The notes: a model not told the origin generated them from the sequence alone. 62,752 bases of DNA, filler included, from Basidiobolus ranarum (GCA_040143965.1; 37 parts of 37 records of this genome joined end to end with filler, not necessarily neighbours in it); one strand, 5' to 3'; numbered from the whole stretch's first letter, positions 12,227-25,188 are shown. Made by a program: numbers and translations.

Positions 12227-12883
12227 TCAGTTGATCAAGTGATTTAGTAACAGTGAAAATATAGCTGAATACACTAGTGTCAATGAGAGCCCTACGCTTT
12301 GACTCGTGGTTTGATTGGCGTTAACTAATTTACTCAAATTTGCATCAGGCTTAATGGTTGCAGTAGGTATTGGTGCCTTGTTGTTAGGAGTGGGACTTGA
12401 CTTCGGTAGATTTTCGTAGGACTCGGGTAACGGTGGTAGCGCAGGATTATCAATTTCAAAGTAATGACTGTATCTAGCATCTCCGCCATCACCCATCCTA
12501 ATTACATAATTTTTACTACCTCTTGTAGTGGCCAATATAAACCAATCATAGAATCCACTTTTACCAACAATGGAGTTAGTAATATTGGCGACAATTTGCA
12601 ATCTTGTTGGATCAGTGCCAGTCAGCAGATACGCACTCATCGTTGCAGGTGTCGCTGGCGTAGCAGAAGTTTCAATCCTAAAGTTACCAAGAATGGAATA
12701 AAAGATGTAATTATCAAACAACAGGTCATTTCTTATAACACTTATAAATTACCATGTAATCTTCACCAGTGTGCCTGCCAAAAGTTTGGCATCGGTTGGA
12801 GAAGTGATAGCAAAATCACCATTGACCCTGCCGATTGTCATGAGGAAAGGAATAACACCGGCGTATAAAGAAATGAATTTCAT
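12227..12883 (-). CDS. Secreted, probably GPI-anchored Kre9/KNH-like Ser/Thr/Pro-rich cell-surface protein; intron 12678-12752
   Basis: Spliced MKFISLYAGVIPFLMTIGRVNG-DFAITSPT..GTLVKITW|IETS..AYLLTG..LQIVANI..GFYDW..YVIRM..YSHYFEI, then a P/T linker and a hydrophobic C-terminus. Confidence 0.8.
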
Positions 12884-13343
12884 ATCTAAAGTAATATATC
12901 AAGTTAAAAGAATACTAGTATGTTAGTTATATCTTCAAAAGTGGGCCAACGCTAAGGTATTTATTTGTTTCTTTGACAACCGTAAAAACATTTGGGATGT
13001 CATGAGGAATAAACCGATCATATTAGGATAATCTAGGGAAATATGTGTAAGAAAAGTCCGTGCGTACAAAATCATATTGTTGTTCTCATATCTCCTTATT
13101 ATTGGTTGCCAACTTATATTTGACCTACTGCTTCTTACATCAATTAAGATTCAATCATAATGGACACTCCAAACATCCGAAAAAATTAAGCAACCACATC
13201 TTCGCAAACTATTAATAAGGACAAACCAACAAAAACATTAGATATGGATAAAACATGGTTTTTCAAATATAAATCAATATATTTATTGCCAGTTAATGTA
13301 CATTTTCAATTATATAACAGAAGGAAAAATGATATTCTTAAAT

Positions 13344-13528
13344 TTAATCGAGTTCCTCAACAGTTGGCTCACTGCTGTCAGCACCGGGGAAACCACCAGG
13401 GGCAGCTCCTCCAGCTCCAGGGAAGCCACCGGGAGCACCGCCTGGAGCACCTCCAGCAGCTTGGTACATCTTTGTCATGATCGGGTTAGCACCACCTTCC
13501 AATTCCTTTTGCTTCTCTTCGTACTCTT
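13344..13528 (-). CDS. Cytosolic Hsp70, C-terminus (partial), second copy convergent with the first
   Basis: [60 protein letters not shown]-stop. Confidence 0.92.
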
Positions 13529-13741
13529 NNNNNNNNNNNNNNNNNNNNNNNNNNNNNNNNNNNNNNNNNNNNTTAATTAATTAANNNNNNNNNNNNNNNN
13601 NNNNNNNNNNNNNNNNNNNNNNNNNNNNAGTATTACCGTATGCTAATCTGATAAACAATGTATCAGCAAAATCAGTGATGGATGTAATGCGATGGGTTAA
13701 GGAGACTCCAGAGTATATTAACCTGCCAACAAAGGGCTCAT

Positions 13742-14271
13742 TGTCATGATTCTGATCTTGGCATACTGATCCACTGCAAATGGAACTCTTCTATTATTAG
13801 ATTATGACATCATATCTATTGTGCCATCCCTTCCTGGCAATCTGGTGTCAGTTCATCCAGATTACCTTATATGGAAGTCATGTTCTTTGGAACATTCCAT
13901 GAAACCTGACCAATCATGTCATCCCACACAAAGTGTATTTCCGCCAAGACCTTCCATGGAAGGTCACCTGATCATCCTTACATTATCCCTCTTTCTATTG
14001 GTCCTTGCAGTCCCCAACACCCCAACTCTAGAACTTGCCACAGTATATTCCCTATTAAGTATATCATGTTTCATCTTGCAATATCTATATAAGCCCCATG
14101 TATTCCTTGATCAGACCTCAGTCTGATCGACACCAGTTATCAATAAAGATTCTTGCCAAAGTATCTTGCTTGTCCAGTCCTGTCTTGTCTTGTGGTCTAC
14201 ACCCAAGTATTCTCCTGCCTTCTAGCCTCTTGTCGTCGTTTCCAGTCTTTGTCCAGTTCCTTATTGTGACA
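13742..14271 (+). repeat. Ty3/gypsy (chromovirus) LTR, TGTCA...TGACA, 530 bp
   Basis: Homologous to 15386-15921 and to the 3' LTR at 59010. No TSD: the left flank is CMC transposase and the right flank is gypsy pol. Confidence 0.88.
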
Positions 14272-15230
14272 GTTCTCTACTGCAGAAATCAACTATTAGA
14301 TCTATGACAAGAAACTATTAGCAATTATTGCTGTATTTGAACAATGGTGACAATACTTGAATGGAGCAAATCACAAAATCACAGTGTATTGTTATCCCAA
14401 GAATCTTCAGCATTTTAGTACAACCAAAGTTCTCAACCATCTTCAAGCAAGATGGTCATTATTTTTTGCTGGTTGTGATTTTGTGGTTACATATTGATCA
14501 GGTAGTCAGCAAGGAAAACCTGTTGCCTTATCACATAGAGTAGAATATCAGCCTAAAGAAGGGGATGAGGCCTTTGGCCAACAAAAAACTTCCTTACTGA
14601 AGCATCACCAACTTAAAATTAGTGCAACTGCCATTTCTCTGCCTAGTTCAAGCGCATTGCATGAAGACATCCACAAACTTCAATCTGAAGACCCATTGGT
14701 ATTATCAATCAAGAAAGCCCAGGAAACTGTTGAAGTTTATTGTCTTTATCATATTTATCATCTCTATCTTTAAACACCTAACTATTTCATATATCACATA
14801 TAAGTTAGTTAACATTACTTAGTCAAATATCACTTAGCTAAAAATTGGACCATAATATATATATATGTGAATAATGTGAGAATTATCAATTCTATATTGG
14901 AAATTTCAGACTGGTCCAAATCTCGCCAAAGATAGCTCATTTTACTCCCACAAATGTTCTGAACACAACCCCAGTGTTAGTTTTCTGTATTTCCATCAAA
15001 ATGTTTGAATGCTTTATTTCTGGACAATAAATAATTATCTCACAAAGCTTTTCACAACTCCACTTTTCCAAAGTTCCTCCAAACAGCCCATATAAGTGTT
15101 GCCTAATCATATCTGTTGACATCCAGGGATTATTGGTGGCCCAAAATGTTTGCATTTGTCAAGACTTATGTTTCCACCTGTGATACTTGTGCTTGAGTGA
15201 AGACTCCAAGACATCAGCCCTATGGCCTCC
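14272..15230 (+). mobile_element. Gypsy RNase H/integrase fragments with a truncated LTR B (14728-~15092) between them
   Basis: Matches 1173-1605 and 57776-57890; LTR B starts TGTTGAAGTTT. Confidence 0.82.
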
Positions 15231-15385
15231 NNNNNNNNNNNNNNNNNNNNNNNNNNNNNNNNNNNNNNNNNNNNTTAATTAATTAANNNNNNNNNNNNNN
15301 NNNNNNNNNNNNNNNNNNNNNNNNNNNNNNACAACTTCAAACATCAACTCTAGAGATACTATATTCATTGAAGAAAGACTCAAAT

Positions 15386-15921
15386 TTTCATGATTCTGAT
15401 CTTGGCATACTGATCCACTGCAAATAGAACTCTTCTAATATTAGATGATGACAGCATTTCTGCTATGCCATCCCTTCTTGGCATTCTCATGTTAGTTCAT
15501 CCAGGTTACCTTATATGAAAGTCATGTTCTTTAGAACATTCCATTAAAGCTAAACAATCATGTCAACCCACACATAGTGTATTTCTGCCAAAACCTTCCA
15601 TGGAAGGTCACCTGATCATCCTTACATAATCCTTGCTTCATCCCTCTTTGTATTGGTCCACATAGTCCCCAACACCCCAACTCTCAAACTTGCCGCAGTA
15701 TATTCCCTATTCAGTATATTATGTTTCACCCTGTAATATCTATATAAGCTCCATATATTCCTTGATCAAACCTCACTCTGATTAAGGCCAGTTATCAATA
15801 AAGATTCTTACCAAAGTATCTTCCCTGTCCAGTCTTGTCTTGTGGTCTAAATCCAAGTACTCTCCTGCTTTCTAGTCTCTTGTCGTTGTTTCCAGTCCTG
15901 ATCCAGTTCCTTATTGTGACA
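15386..15921 (+). repeat. Solo gypsy LTR with perfect TSD caaat/caaat, inserted in copia pol
   Basis: caaat at 15381-15385 and 15922-15926. The flanks rejoin to the sequence seen uninterrupted near 40021-40100. Confidence 0.9.
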
Positions 15922-16931
15922 CAAATCTTCTAATCAAGGGAATTTGATTTGGGCTGAAAATCAATTTCTCAATAACTAAATTCTGGGTTACCAAGTTCTA
16001 AAACCAATCATGAGCTAATGAGTACTGAAACCACCTTGGAAAATGATACATTGGAAATAGATACTGGAATTAGGCCCAGTTTGGAATCTGAAACTTTCTA
16101 TCAACATTATCCAATTTTTGAAAATATTCCATCTGAGACAAAGTCTAAAGCATCAGCCATTGATGAATATATAAAAAAGCTTTAATTGTTGCCAATCCTT
16201 GTGGTGAATATTCTTAGCAGAAAACCAACAAGCAATAATCCTGTTTCAAACTTCACTACAAGTACCAAAACCAAGGAGAACAAACTATTATATGATATTC
16301 TGATATCAAGCAGCTATACAAATAGTGAAGCATTTGGCAGCACTGGAAATGCATCAATGGATACCAGAAAACCTGATAATTACTCTGAGGATACTAACAA
16401 TTTGGAATCAGCTTCAGGAAATCAGCATATTATCTCTGCCAATGAAAAATATGATAATCGGAAAAAGGGTATTTTTCCAGCCAATCAGGATTCAGGAAGT
16501 TGGGCTCATAAACAAGTCAACAATTTTCAGACCAATCACCAACATAAGAAATATCCTACTCTCAATTTGGCTGATATTGGATGTAATAAATCATTGTAAA
16601 TATGCAATCAATCACAGCAAGTATTCAATCAATCACAAAATTCAGGTAATCAGGCCTCAGAAATCCCACCAAGTTCAAATCAGACACATGCTGTAAGTGA
16701 AAATCTGACCATTTTACTGAGCACTTAGGATGTCTCAAATCAGAGCATGAAACCAACAGTTTCAATTCAGAAAAAGGGTGGAATATATCTGCACATATAG
16801 CATTTTCTGAACCAGAAAATTTCACACAAGCTCTGAAGTCTGATGAAGTGACAGAATGGAGAATAGCCACTGATGATGAAACTCACTCTCTAATCAAGAA
16901 TAACACATGGATTCTTGTGGACTACCTACTG
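15922..16931 (+). mobile_element. Ty1/copia integrase-RT spacer and start of RT, degenerate
   Basis: EPENFTQALKS..EWRIATDDETHSLIKNNTWILV. Homologous to 40050-40610. Confidence 0.8.
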
Positions 16932-17031
16932 NNNNNNNNNNNNNNNNNNNNNNNNNNNNNNNNNNNNNNNNNNNNTTAATTAATTAANNNNNNNNNNNNN
17001 NNNNNNNNNNNNNNNNNNNNNNNNNNNNNNN

Positions 17032-18632
17032 TAACTATAGAAGCAGAACTACTGGTGATAGGAGTAACAGAGCTGCTGACGACAGAAGAGCTACTAACCA
17101 TAGGAGCAGAACTGCTGGTGATAAGAGTAGCAGAGCTACTGGTTACTGGAGCAGAGCTGCTGACGAGAGGAGAAGTGCTGCTAACCGAAGGTGCAGAACT
17201 GCTGGCTACAGAAGTAGAGCTACTTGTACTTGGAGCAGAGCTCTGAGCATTGCTAGTAATGGTTGAGGAAATACTACTACTTGAAGTTGGAATAGTGCAG
17301 CTTATCATTTCGTTGACTTCATTGCACACATTACCGCTTGAGCAAGAGTTTCTCTTCAACTTCTTATTCACGCAAACGAAAGAATCAGGGGAACTTCCAG
17401 GTAATATACATTTTGGTGTAGACTCACATGAAGGCTCGTTCATACAAGGATTTATGAAATAACCTTTTTCGGAAGGATGTTCTGAATTGACGCAAACCGT
17501 ACCAAGAGCACATTGTTGTAGTTTCCAAACACCTGGACCAAGCTTTTTAGGGTCATGGTCATAATTGGTGAAAGTCCAATATGGAGCAATCGATCCTTTT
17601 ACACAAATAGTAGAACCATCAACGGCGATATGATTTGGGAGTGGTCGAACAATAAGGCATTTGATGTTACTTCCATCCTGTTTACAAATGGATCCATTAC
17701 TACACTGGTTGACCGCAGTTATGCCATTTTGTGTATAATGGTATCTGGCTCCGACACCGTCGTAGAAACATGTAGCATCTTCGACTGTAAAATCAAGGTT
17801 ATTGGTGAGGACAGGTTGGCCGGGTAGTGTAGTCACAGCGGGTCCATCGCGCTTGTGGCTACAAACTGCGGCACCAGATATATCCTGGCAAGTTGTACCT
17901 ATGGGACAAGCGGTAGGTGCTAACCATTTCCCGAAATTGCATTGAGTGTAATTGTCTGAACCTACACATTTCGATGCTCCAGTGGTACAAAGGCCTTGAC
18001 TGTTAGAAGGCTGAGGTATCACGGATGATGGAGCTGCTTCAGTATGAGTAGGACTAACTGTATCGGAGGACGATTGAGAAGCCGATGAATTTGAAATGGC
18101 GTTACTACTTGTAGGAAGAACGGCAGCGGGGGACGAGTTAGATCCTGCAGTGGTAGAACTAGAATTGCTAGTTGCCAAAGCTGATGATTGGGAAGCAGGT
18201 TGGTTGACACATCCTATAACATTCTCAGCTGAACATACCTGTCCGTTAGTACAGGTTTCATAGGTTAGCCAACTGCCATTCACACAACGAGCTAAATGCT
18301 GTGAGTCGGTGCATTTCCAACCACTTCCTGTACATTGAGTTGAAGAACTGGAGGTGGTAGATTGTGGCTCAGGGGTTTCTGACTCACTTGCACTACTTGT
18401 GGCAGGAGCGATTGAAGACTGAGAGACACTACTAGGCACACTGGGAATCACTGGTGCTGACACCGCCGATGACGATGACTGGGCCGTTGAAGTAAAAGCA
18501 GAACTGCTAGTGGGTGAAGTACTACTGGAGGTAGAAGAGCCAGTTGAAGTAGAAGGGCTAGTAGTAGTGGAAGAACTAGTAGTAGTGGAAGAACTAGTAG
18601 TAGTGGAAGAACTAGTAGTAGTGGAAGAACTA
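17032..18632 (-). CDS. Mucin-like Ser/Thr-rich protein with tandem Cys-rich modules resembling CBM19 chitin-binding domains (partial at both ends)
   Basis: The frame is open across the whole contig. Modules CTGSGWKC..ARCVNGSW..CTNGQVC and CTTGASKC..QCNFGKW..CPIGTTC. Confidence 0.8.
18558..18632. repeat. 18-bp coding tandem repeat (ctagtagtagtggaagaa)n encoding SSSTTT
   Basis: About four units, running into the contig end. Confidence 0.9.
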
Positions 18633-18732
18633 NNNNNNNNNNNNNNNNNNNNNNNNNNNNNNNNNNNNNNNNNNNNTTAATTAATTAANNNNNNNNNNNN
18701 NNNNNNNNNNNNNNNNNNNNNNNNNNNNNNNN

Positions 18733-19536
18733 GGAAGAGGGCTAAATTTGGAAGTTTATCCAACACCTGGCACCTCTCAACAAGCCAATGCACCAGCAAG
18801 TAAAATTCACGGCTCTCCAACCTCAACTGGTAGTTTCCAAAGTGTAGAAATTGGCCCTATAGTTATAGGCAAGCAAAAAGCCACACAAACACTACAAAGC
18901 ACCCTCAGTACTGTCACACTACAAGGTCATATGAAAAAAGTAAAAGTACCTAAGGAGTATTTTCAAAAGTATAAAGGAAAAAACACAGTGCAAATATGTA
19001 GAAAGTGGCTTCAGAAGAGGAACATTTAACATGACATTCAGTCTGGTGTTACATGTGTAGATATCTGAGAAGAACTTAATACAGAGTGGCACAATATTTT
19101 CATGATATCCACCAGATAGCTGGAAGAATGTTGATTAAGCAACATTAATACAATGGTGGGCTTTGATGGAGATGTTAATACAAACTTTTATTGGATATGA
19201 GCTAAACCTTGGGTATGAAGAACTCTATAAAAATATTCAAGAGAATCTATCAAAGTAACTAGCAATTTTGAAGGTGACAAATTAGCATTCAAGTGGTAAA
19301 CATGTAAATTTGAGCTACATATTCTGCACATGCGTTGATCCATAGTTTGCTGAGATTGTAGCCAATCATGTGCAACTATCTTGTGGGATCTTGAAATTTC
19401 ACTCCTGAAACTGAAAAAATTGATTAAAATCAAATCACATTTGCCAATTTTATAACAGTAAGCAAACAATCAATCCCACATAGACTAAAATTGTGATGGT
19501 TTTCCTATGATAAAAATCCTCAAATTTTTATTAGGG
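18733..19536 (+). mobile_element. CMC transposon second ORF remnant and terminus
   Basis: CRKWLQKRNI..ELNTEWHN..PPDSWKNVD..QWWALME block shared with 43250-43550, 50200-50900 and 56083-56755. Ends ttaggg. Confidence 0.75.
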
Positions 19537-19539
19537 ATA

Positions 19540-20333
19540 AGTGGAACAGTAGAGCCTAAACTCACTGGCTCCTTTGCTTTTCCCTTGTGTTTACTAACTT
19601 ACTGTTCCTTGAGTACTTTTTATGCTGCTTTTCTTTCTTTTCCAAGTCAGTAACTGCATACATTTTTGAGATGTTTCAAAAACAGGCCTACTCTAGCTCA
19701 ATTGCCATTTGCTTGCCAAAACTCAGGATAAGCTACATGAAAAATGTCAAGAACCTTCAAAGTGACACGTGGTTTTTGGTTTTTCCATGAATGGCTCAAA
19801 TCCAGGTAATTTTGGGCAAGATTCCACACAGATTCCAAAATTTTAAGCCTCTCATCATCAGAGCAAGTGATGGCAGCTCTAACATTCAGAGTCTTTTGGT
19901 TTGCCAGTTTTCCTAATAGATATCTACCTTCATGCACCCAAGCAATTTAGGGTTGTTGTCTCTAACAAGAATAAAATTAATTTGATTCATATTGGATCCA
20001 CCCTCCAAAATAGCAAAACAGTCAGAGAACCATCCCAATATTGGTGGCTTGCATTCTGCTAGGAATTTAGATGGTGTAATGGTGGTTTCTTGATGGTAAT
20101 TTAATGGTATTCATACATGTTAAAATATTGATCCTCTAATTTGGCTTGCGTTGTTTAATATCCGGCAATTTTTGCAAAAAAATAATATTTGAATGGCACA
20201 TTACTGGGTTTAGTGCTGTAGGAATTTGAATTAATATGCATGCCTTTATTTAGATATTTTAGGCTTTCTATTCCAGCTACAATGAGAAACAAAAAATACA
20301 AGAATCTTGTGTGTTTAGACTCTACATATGCAC
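19540..20333 (-). mobile_element. CMC transposon: transposase 3' end and start of ORF2, degenerate
   Basis: Matches 43560-43930, 37426-37680 and (reverse) 49700-50110. Confidence 0.72.
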
Positions 20334-20433
20334 NNNNNNNNNNNNNNNNNNNNNNNNNNNNNNNNNNNNNNNNNNNNTTAATTAATTAANNNNNNNNNNN
20401 NNNNNNNNNNNNNNNNNNNNNNNNNNNNNNNNN

Positions 20434-20681
20434 CAAGTGAGCTCATAGTAGCGGGCATCAGCCCAGTCGGTACATTGGCCATTGTTGAAGCGGAAGCTGC
20501 GAGAGCAAGAGGCTAGCACGCTGATATTAGCGAGTTTACTGGATGTACCAGTTACCTCAGTTTGGTTTAAAGAACTAGGAGCTGTAACTGTATTGTCAGT
20601 TGGTAGGGCTTCAAAAGAAGAGGCTATGAAAGTGGCGGCTGCGAGGAACACACAAGATACAAGAGAAGTAAGATTGACCAT
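20434..20681 (-). CDS. Secreted protein with the start of a CHAP-like amidase domain (partial)
   Basis: Signal peptide MVNLTSLVSCVFLAAATFIAS, an S/T linker, then FNNGQCTDWADARYYEL, resembling the CHAP catalytic GQCTW[YF]A motif. Confidence 0.65.
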
Positions 20682-22133
20682 TTCGATATCTAGTAGTAAG
20701 TTTCTAATAGTTGGCCAGTACTGTTTTGTAAGTGAGATTTTATCCCTGCTTATATACAGTTTTCTTGCTCACTCCTCCATGACTGATAGTAATCGTTCGA
20801 TATTACTCCCAGGTTATTTTCTGTACTGAAGGATTCAGTAACTTCGGGAACTGTAAGAAGAACTTCAAGGGTTACCAATGATATAGGTTTTATTTGTTGA
20901 CGAAGTTTTTGAGCGAATTACGAGGCAACCTGATGTGACTTTAAAATGCAGTTGTAAGAGTATACGCCTTGACCATAAGAAAGACCAATCATATAACTTG
21001 AGCATCAAAGTATCTTACTGGCTATGATAAGGTAATATTACCCATTCGAGTATACTCTTATCCTATCGGCCATACGACAGAATTCATTACTGTAGCGGGT
21101 CATCCTTGAAGAATTTGAATGGAGTAAATTTACCCTTCGATGACAGCATAACTAAGCAATCCACAGTCGTGATAGCTCGGTACAATTATGAAAATGAAGA
21201 GAAGGCTTCGTTAACTCATAATAACCGCCTTTCTACTGAGCGTACAGATCGGTAATGGTCTGTAAATTGCTCAGTATTAAAGCAAAACACCCGAGAACCA
21301 GAGGCAAATACTGTACCGGAAAATCACGTTGTGGGTTAGTCGTATTTGTTCATCTTAAAAATTTAGACGCAGTAGCTACATGGTGATACCGAAAAGCCAT
21401 GCGCCTGATCATTCAGTCTATACTCTTTTAGGTCTCGATCCACTTATCTCGATTGCAATAAAATATTTGAATCGAATTCGACAAATAAGGATTCATTAAT
21501 TAATCGAAAGAATTTGTTAGTCAATGATAAACTTTTTGCTTTGGTTAAGGGTGCGAGTTAGCCAATGTGCTTCGTAGAACTTAGTTCCGTTAACTTGGGT
21601 GCTTTTACGGTATAAAATAAAGTATCTAAAATATCGATGATTTACTGAAATAGATGACTTATTAGGTTCTGGCCAAAAACGATAAATGCCGCATCCATAT
21701 ATTAATTAATGGTCAATCCGTGTAGATCTGATCAGAATTTAATGAATCTCAATAAGGATTCAAGAGATCAGGCTTGTTTATGTTCGATTTACTGCATTTA
21801 CACTTCTACATGTATAAACAATAGTACGAGAGTGGGTCAGTTTCAAGAACCATATTATAAATGTTGAATTAGATTCGATGAAGATATTTTTAACCGAGTT
21901 TTAGTTTATTGCTTGTCTTCTATATTTGTGAAATTTGAACATCTGCACAGCAGATAGTTCGTCTACTCTGAATTTCTTTTTAATTTAACAATGACTCTAT
22001 TGATGCCAGAGGAAGGATACACCACTGCCAGTANNNNNNNNNNNNNNNNNNNNNNNNNNNNNNNNNNNNNNNNNNNNTTAATTAATTAANNNNNNNNNNN
22101 NNNNNNNNNNNNNNNNNNNNNNNNNNNNNNNNN

Positions 22134-22386
22134 CACCATTACCACCGTTGCCAGAATCATATCCACCGGCTCCTCCTCCTCCATTGCCACCACCATTACC
22201 ACCAGCACCATATCCAGGGCCGTAACCACCAGCACCGCCATTGCCACCACCATTACCAGCCCCAGAGAGATCAGTAGTATCGTATGCGCCTACACCGCTT
22301 CCAGCACCATGACCGGACCCAGCTCCCGCACTTGCCGAGGTAGCAGCGGAGATTAAGAATATAAGGGCAGGGGCGGAGAATTTCAT
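22134..22386 (-). CDS. Secreted glycine-rich protein (partial)
   Basis: Signal peptide MKFSAPALIFLISAATSA followed by GAGGNGGGNGG and GAGGY repeats. Confidence 0.82.
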
Positions 22387-23833
22387 AGTACTGAAAACAA
22401 TTAAATATCTAAAAGACTAAAAGTCTGATACTCCTAGTCGACAACATAGCAGCACTTATATACTAACAGCTCAATCTTATCTGATGACCAAAATAATACT
22501 TTCGATAAAATTTTGTAATAGTACTGGAATAAACCAATTCCATTTACATTTAATTCAAAATATACATAAGTTCCCAGTACCAATCTTCCCCTACAGATTA
22601 TTGAACTATTGAAACAATCCCTTAAACAGTTGAATTACTCCCCTTCATCCCTTGATGCAATTTGTTTCGGGGATAAAATAACCAGTATAACTTGAGTATA
22701 ATTTAGTAAGATAATATTTAGAACGAGGTGAAGTATCCAAGCACTTAGTGTCTTTTTACTCAATGCAAATACACTCTATCGGCGAATATAAACGAGCGAG
22801 CTTACATATCCATGTGCTCTTTAGACTGAATCGTATTATTAGTTGTATTATAAACAATGCATCTCTGAAAGAAACAAGTAGACAGGGAAGTGTGTATACT
22901 CAACCTGGCAATTATCATTGTGAATGGAATAGCCCCTACATCAATAAGAATTACGGGTGCATATTTAAGACAACTTACGTGTAGAATATTCATTAATAGT
23001 TACAGCAATTTGAGATGTATATGTATCGAACAATCTAAAAAGAGCTATACTACCATCTGGCGGTGCAAAATAGCTATTATCAGTATTGACGATAATATAA
23101 GTGACAAAATATGTAAATTTTAGATATTTACCAAAACACATAACTTGATAAATCCAATAGAACAGTCAAAAGTATCAGGTGTTTACTAAGCCAAAAACTA
23201 GCGTTACCCTCAATTTACTATTTATAGCAAAAGTCCAATTCGAATCACTAAATGGGGAGTATTCAAAATTGAAATGGATAAAGGCCTTGAAAGTTCACAT
23301 ATCAAAGTAACGGTTGTAAATGCGTTGAAGATTCAGTAGGCTACTTTATTTAGGGCTGTCTCTGAGGCTGTCGATAAAGATTATTCTAGATACTTTCGAA
23401 ATCTCATTGCCATAGTAATTACAAACTTTGGATCATGTATTCCTGCTTTTTTGCCTGAATATTATTGTTAAAATATTTTCTCACAACTGGCCTATATTCT
23501 CTGAAATCTGAAAATCCTTGAACAACAATTTGGGATAAAGGCTTTGACCATTAGAAGAATTATCTGAATAAAATACTACAGTACGTACTGTCACTTTCGG
23601 TATGCCCGTAGAATTCCCCACTGCTAAGTTGCAGTCAATGGCAGTAACCAGGATTAACTGCTGCAATCCTGATGCACCTAAAATTTCCCGATGACTATAT
23701 ATCAACCACTCGCTAACCTGAAGTCAAATCAAANNNNNNNNNNNNNNNNNNNNNNNNNNNNNNNNNNNNNNNNNNNNTTAATTAATTAANNNNNNNNNNN
23801 NNNNNNNNNNNNNNNNNNNNNNNNNNNNNNNNN

Positions 23834-23927
23834 ATGTCAACTTTCTACTCAATAATTCAATAAGTGAAAATCACCAATTTCTCTAGTTCTCCAAACCACT
23901 TCCAACAGGCTCCCAAATACTTTAACA
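23834..23927 (+). repeat. 3' end of copia LTR family C
   Basis: ...ttctccaaaccacttccaacaggctcccaaatactttaaca; matches 44890-44983. Confidence 0.75.
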
Positions 23928-25188
23928 ATAACAAGGATAATCAGAAAAGTACACAAAACCCACAGGGATATACAATATTTGAATAGTGGGATGAACAACT
24001 CCATTGTCTCCATCATCATTTATCCTTTGTTTGCAAATCAAGGATGAGTTGCATGTATCTAAGATCAGAAGAGAATGGACATTGGGCCCTTAGTGGTTAC
24101 AATTTATCTCATCATAAGTAGTGATATTGGTTCCATTAATATCGAAAATAGAAACATTGGCCCGAAGTGAAAGAAATATATTTGGTTTTAATTCAATGTG
24201 TTACCATCCGGCACCTGGCATACTCAGTTAAAATCTACTATAATGAGCCAACGACCGATAGCTCTTGGCCTTAGGAAACAAATCCAATGCACCTACCCCA
24301 TTCATAAGGATATCAATATTACTAAACACTTGATATACATGAATGAGGGAATATGAAATCTATGGCGTACAGAAGTGCCAGAGTGGAACATTATTGAATT
24401 GACTTATTTCTAAATCCGTCTCGACAATCCACAAATCTCTAATTAAGTGAAATATCGATTTTCGATCATAATATGTCCTGGTTTCTACTAACTTCCTTAT
24501 TTGTCATTTGTGGCACTTAATCCAACCATCACAATGTTCCATCTACTTTAGGATCTTCAGAATCCCCATGATAAATATTGCCCCCTTATCACTTTGACAT
24601 ACCCCGACCATCTCCGGGTTTTGGTACTACGTAATGATGGAGAGAATTCTAAACTGGAGATATATGATAACTTACATATATCTCCAGTAAATGGTGCCAC
24701 ATGTAAGGGAAATAAAGTCACTAAAAGTAGCTGAAAATATCATATGTAATTACAACTATAAACGAAGATTTGAGTTGATGAATTTCGCTTGGATATCTTG
24801 GAGGTTACAACTCTCGTACAAAAAATTATCTAGCTACGATTAATCTCATTAACCAACAGTGTGTCCTACACCGCTAAATTTATCACACAAATAAAATTAC
24901 CAACGGTACTAATGCACAGCAGAACAATTGCTTTTCTATTTCTAATGAATATTTTAATGGGAACTAACTTGGGAGGCGAAGAGAAATTTTTGAAAGTATC
25001 GTGGTGAGAGTTGGGAGAGGGTTAGTTCCTGGTGGGAATAAATAGTAATTTTGCTTCATGTCTACTAGTACTATATGACATGGATGATTGGGATTATGCA
25101 ATGGTTTCTTACACATTTACTAATAGTAAATACAATTGGAATAGAAAGTGGTATTAATATACAATAAATTATCGGGTTCACCTTTAGC

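Noticed and set aside
13821-14307. ORFs inside LTRs (also 14622-15155, 39171-39250, 44733-44981, 59014-59420)
   Set aside because: They lie in LTR sequence and their frames are not conserved between copies.
22748-23733. Short ORFs possibly from a decayed membrane or sensor gene
   Set aside because: No convincing motif or consistent frame could be recognised by eye.
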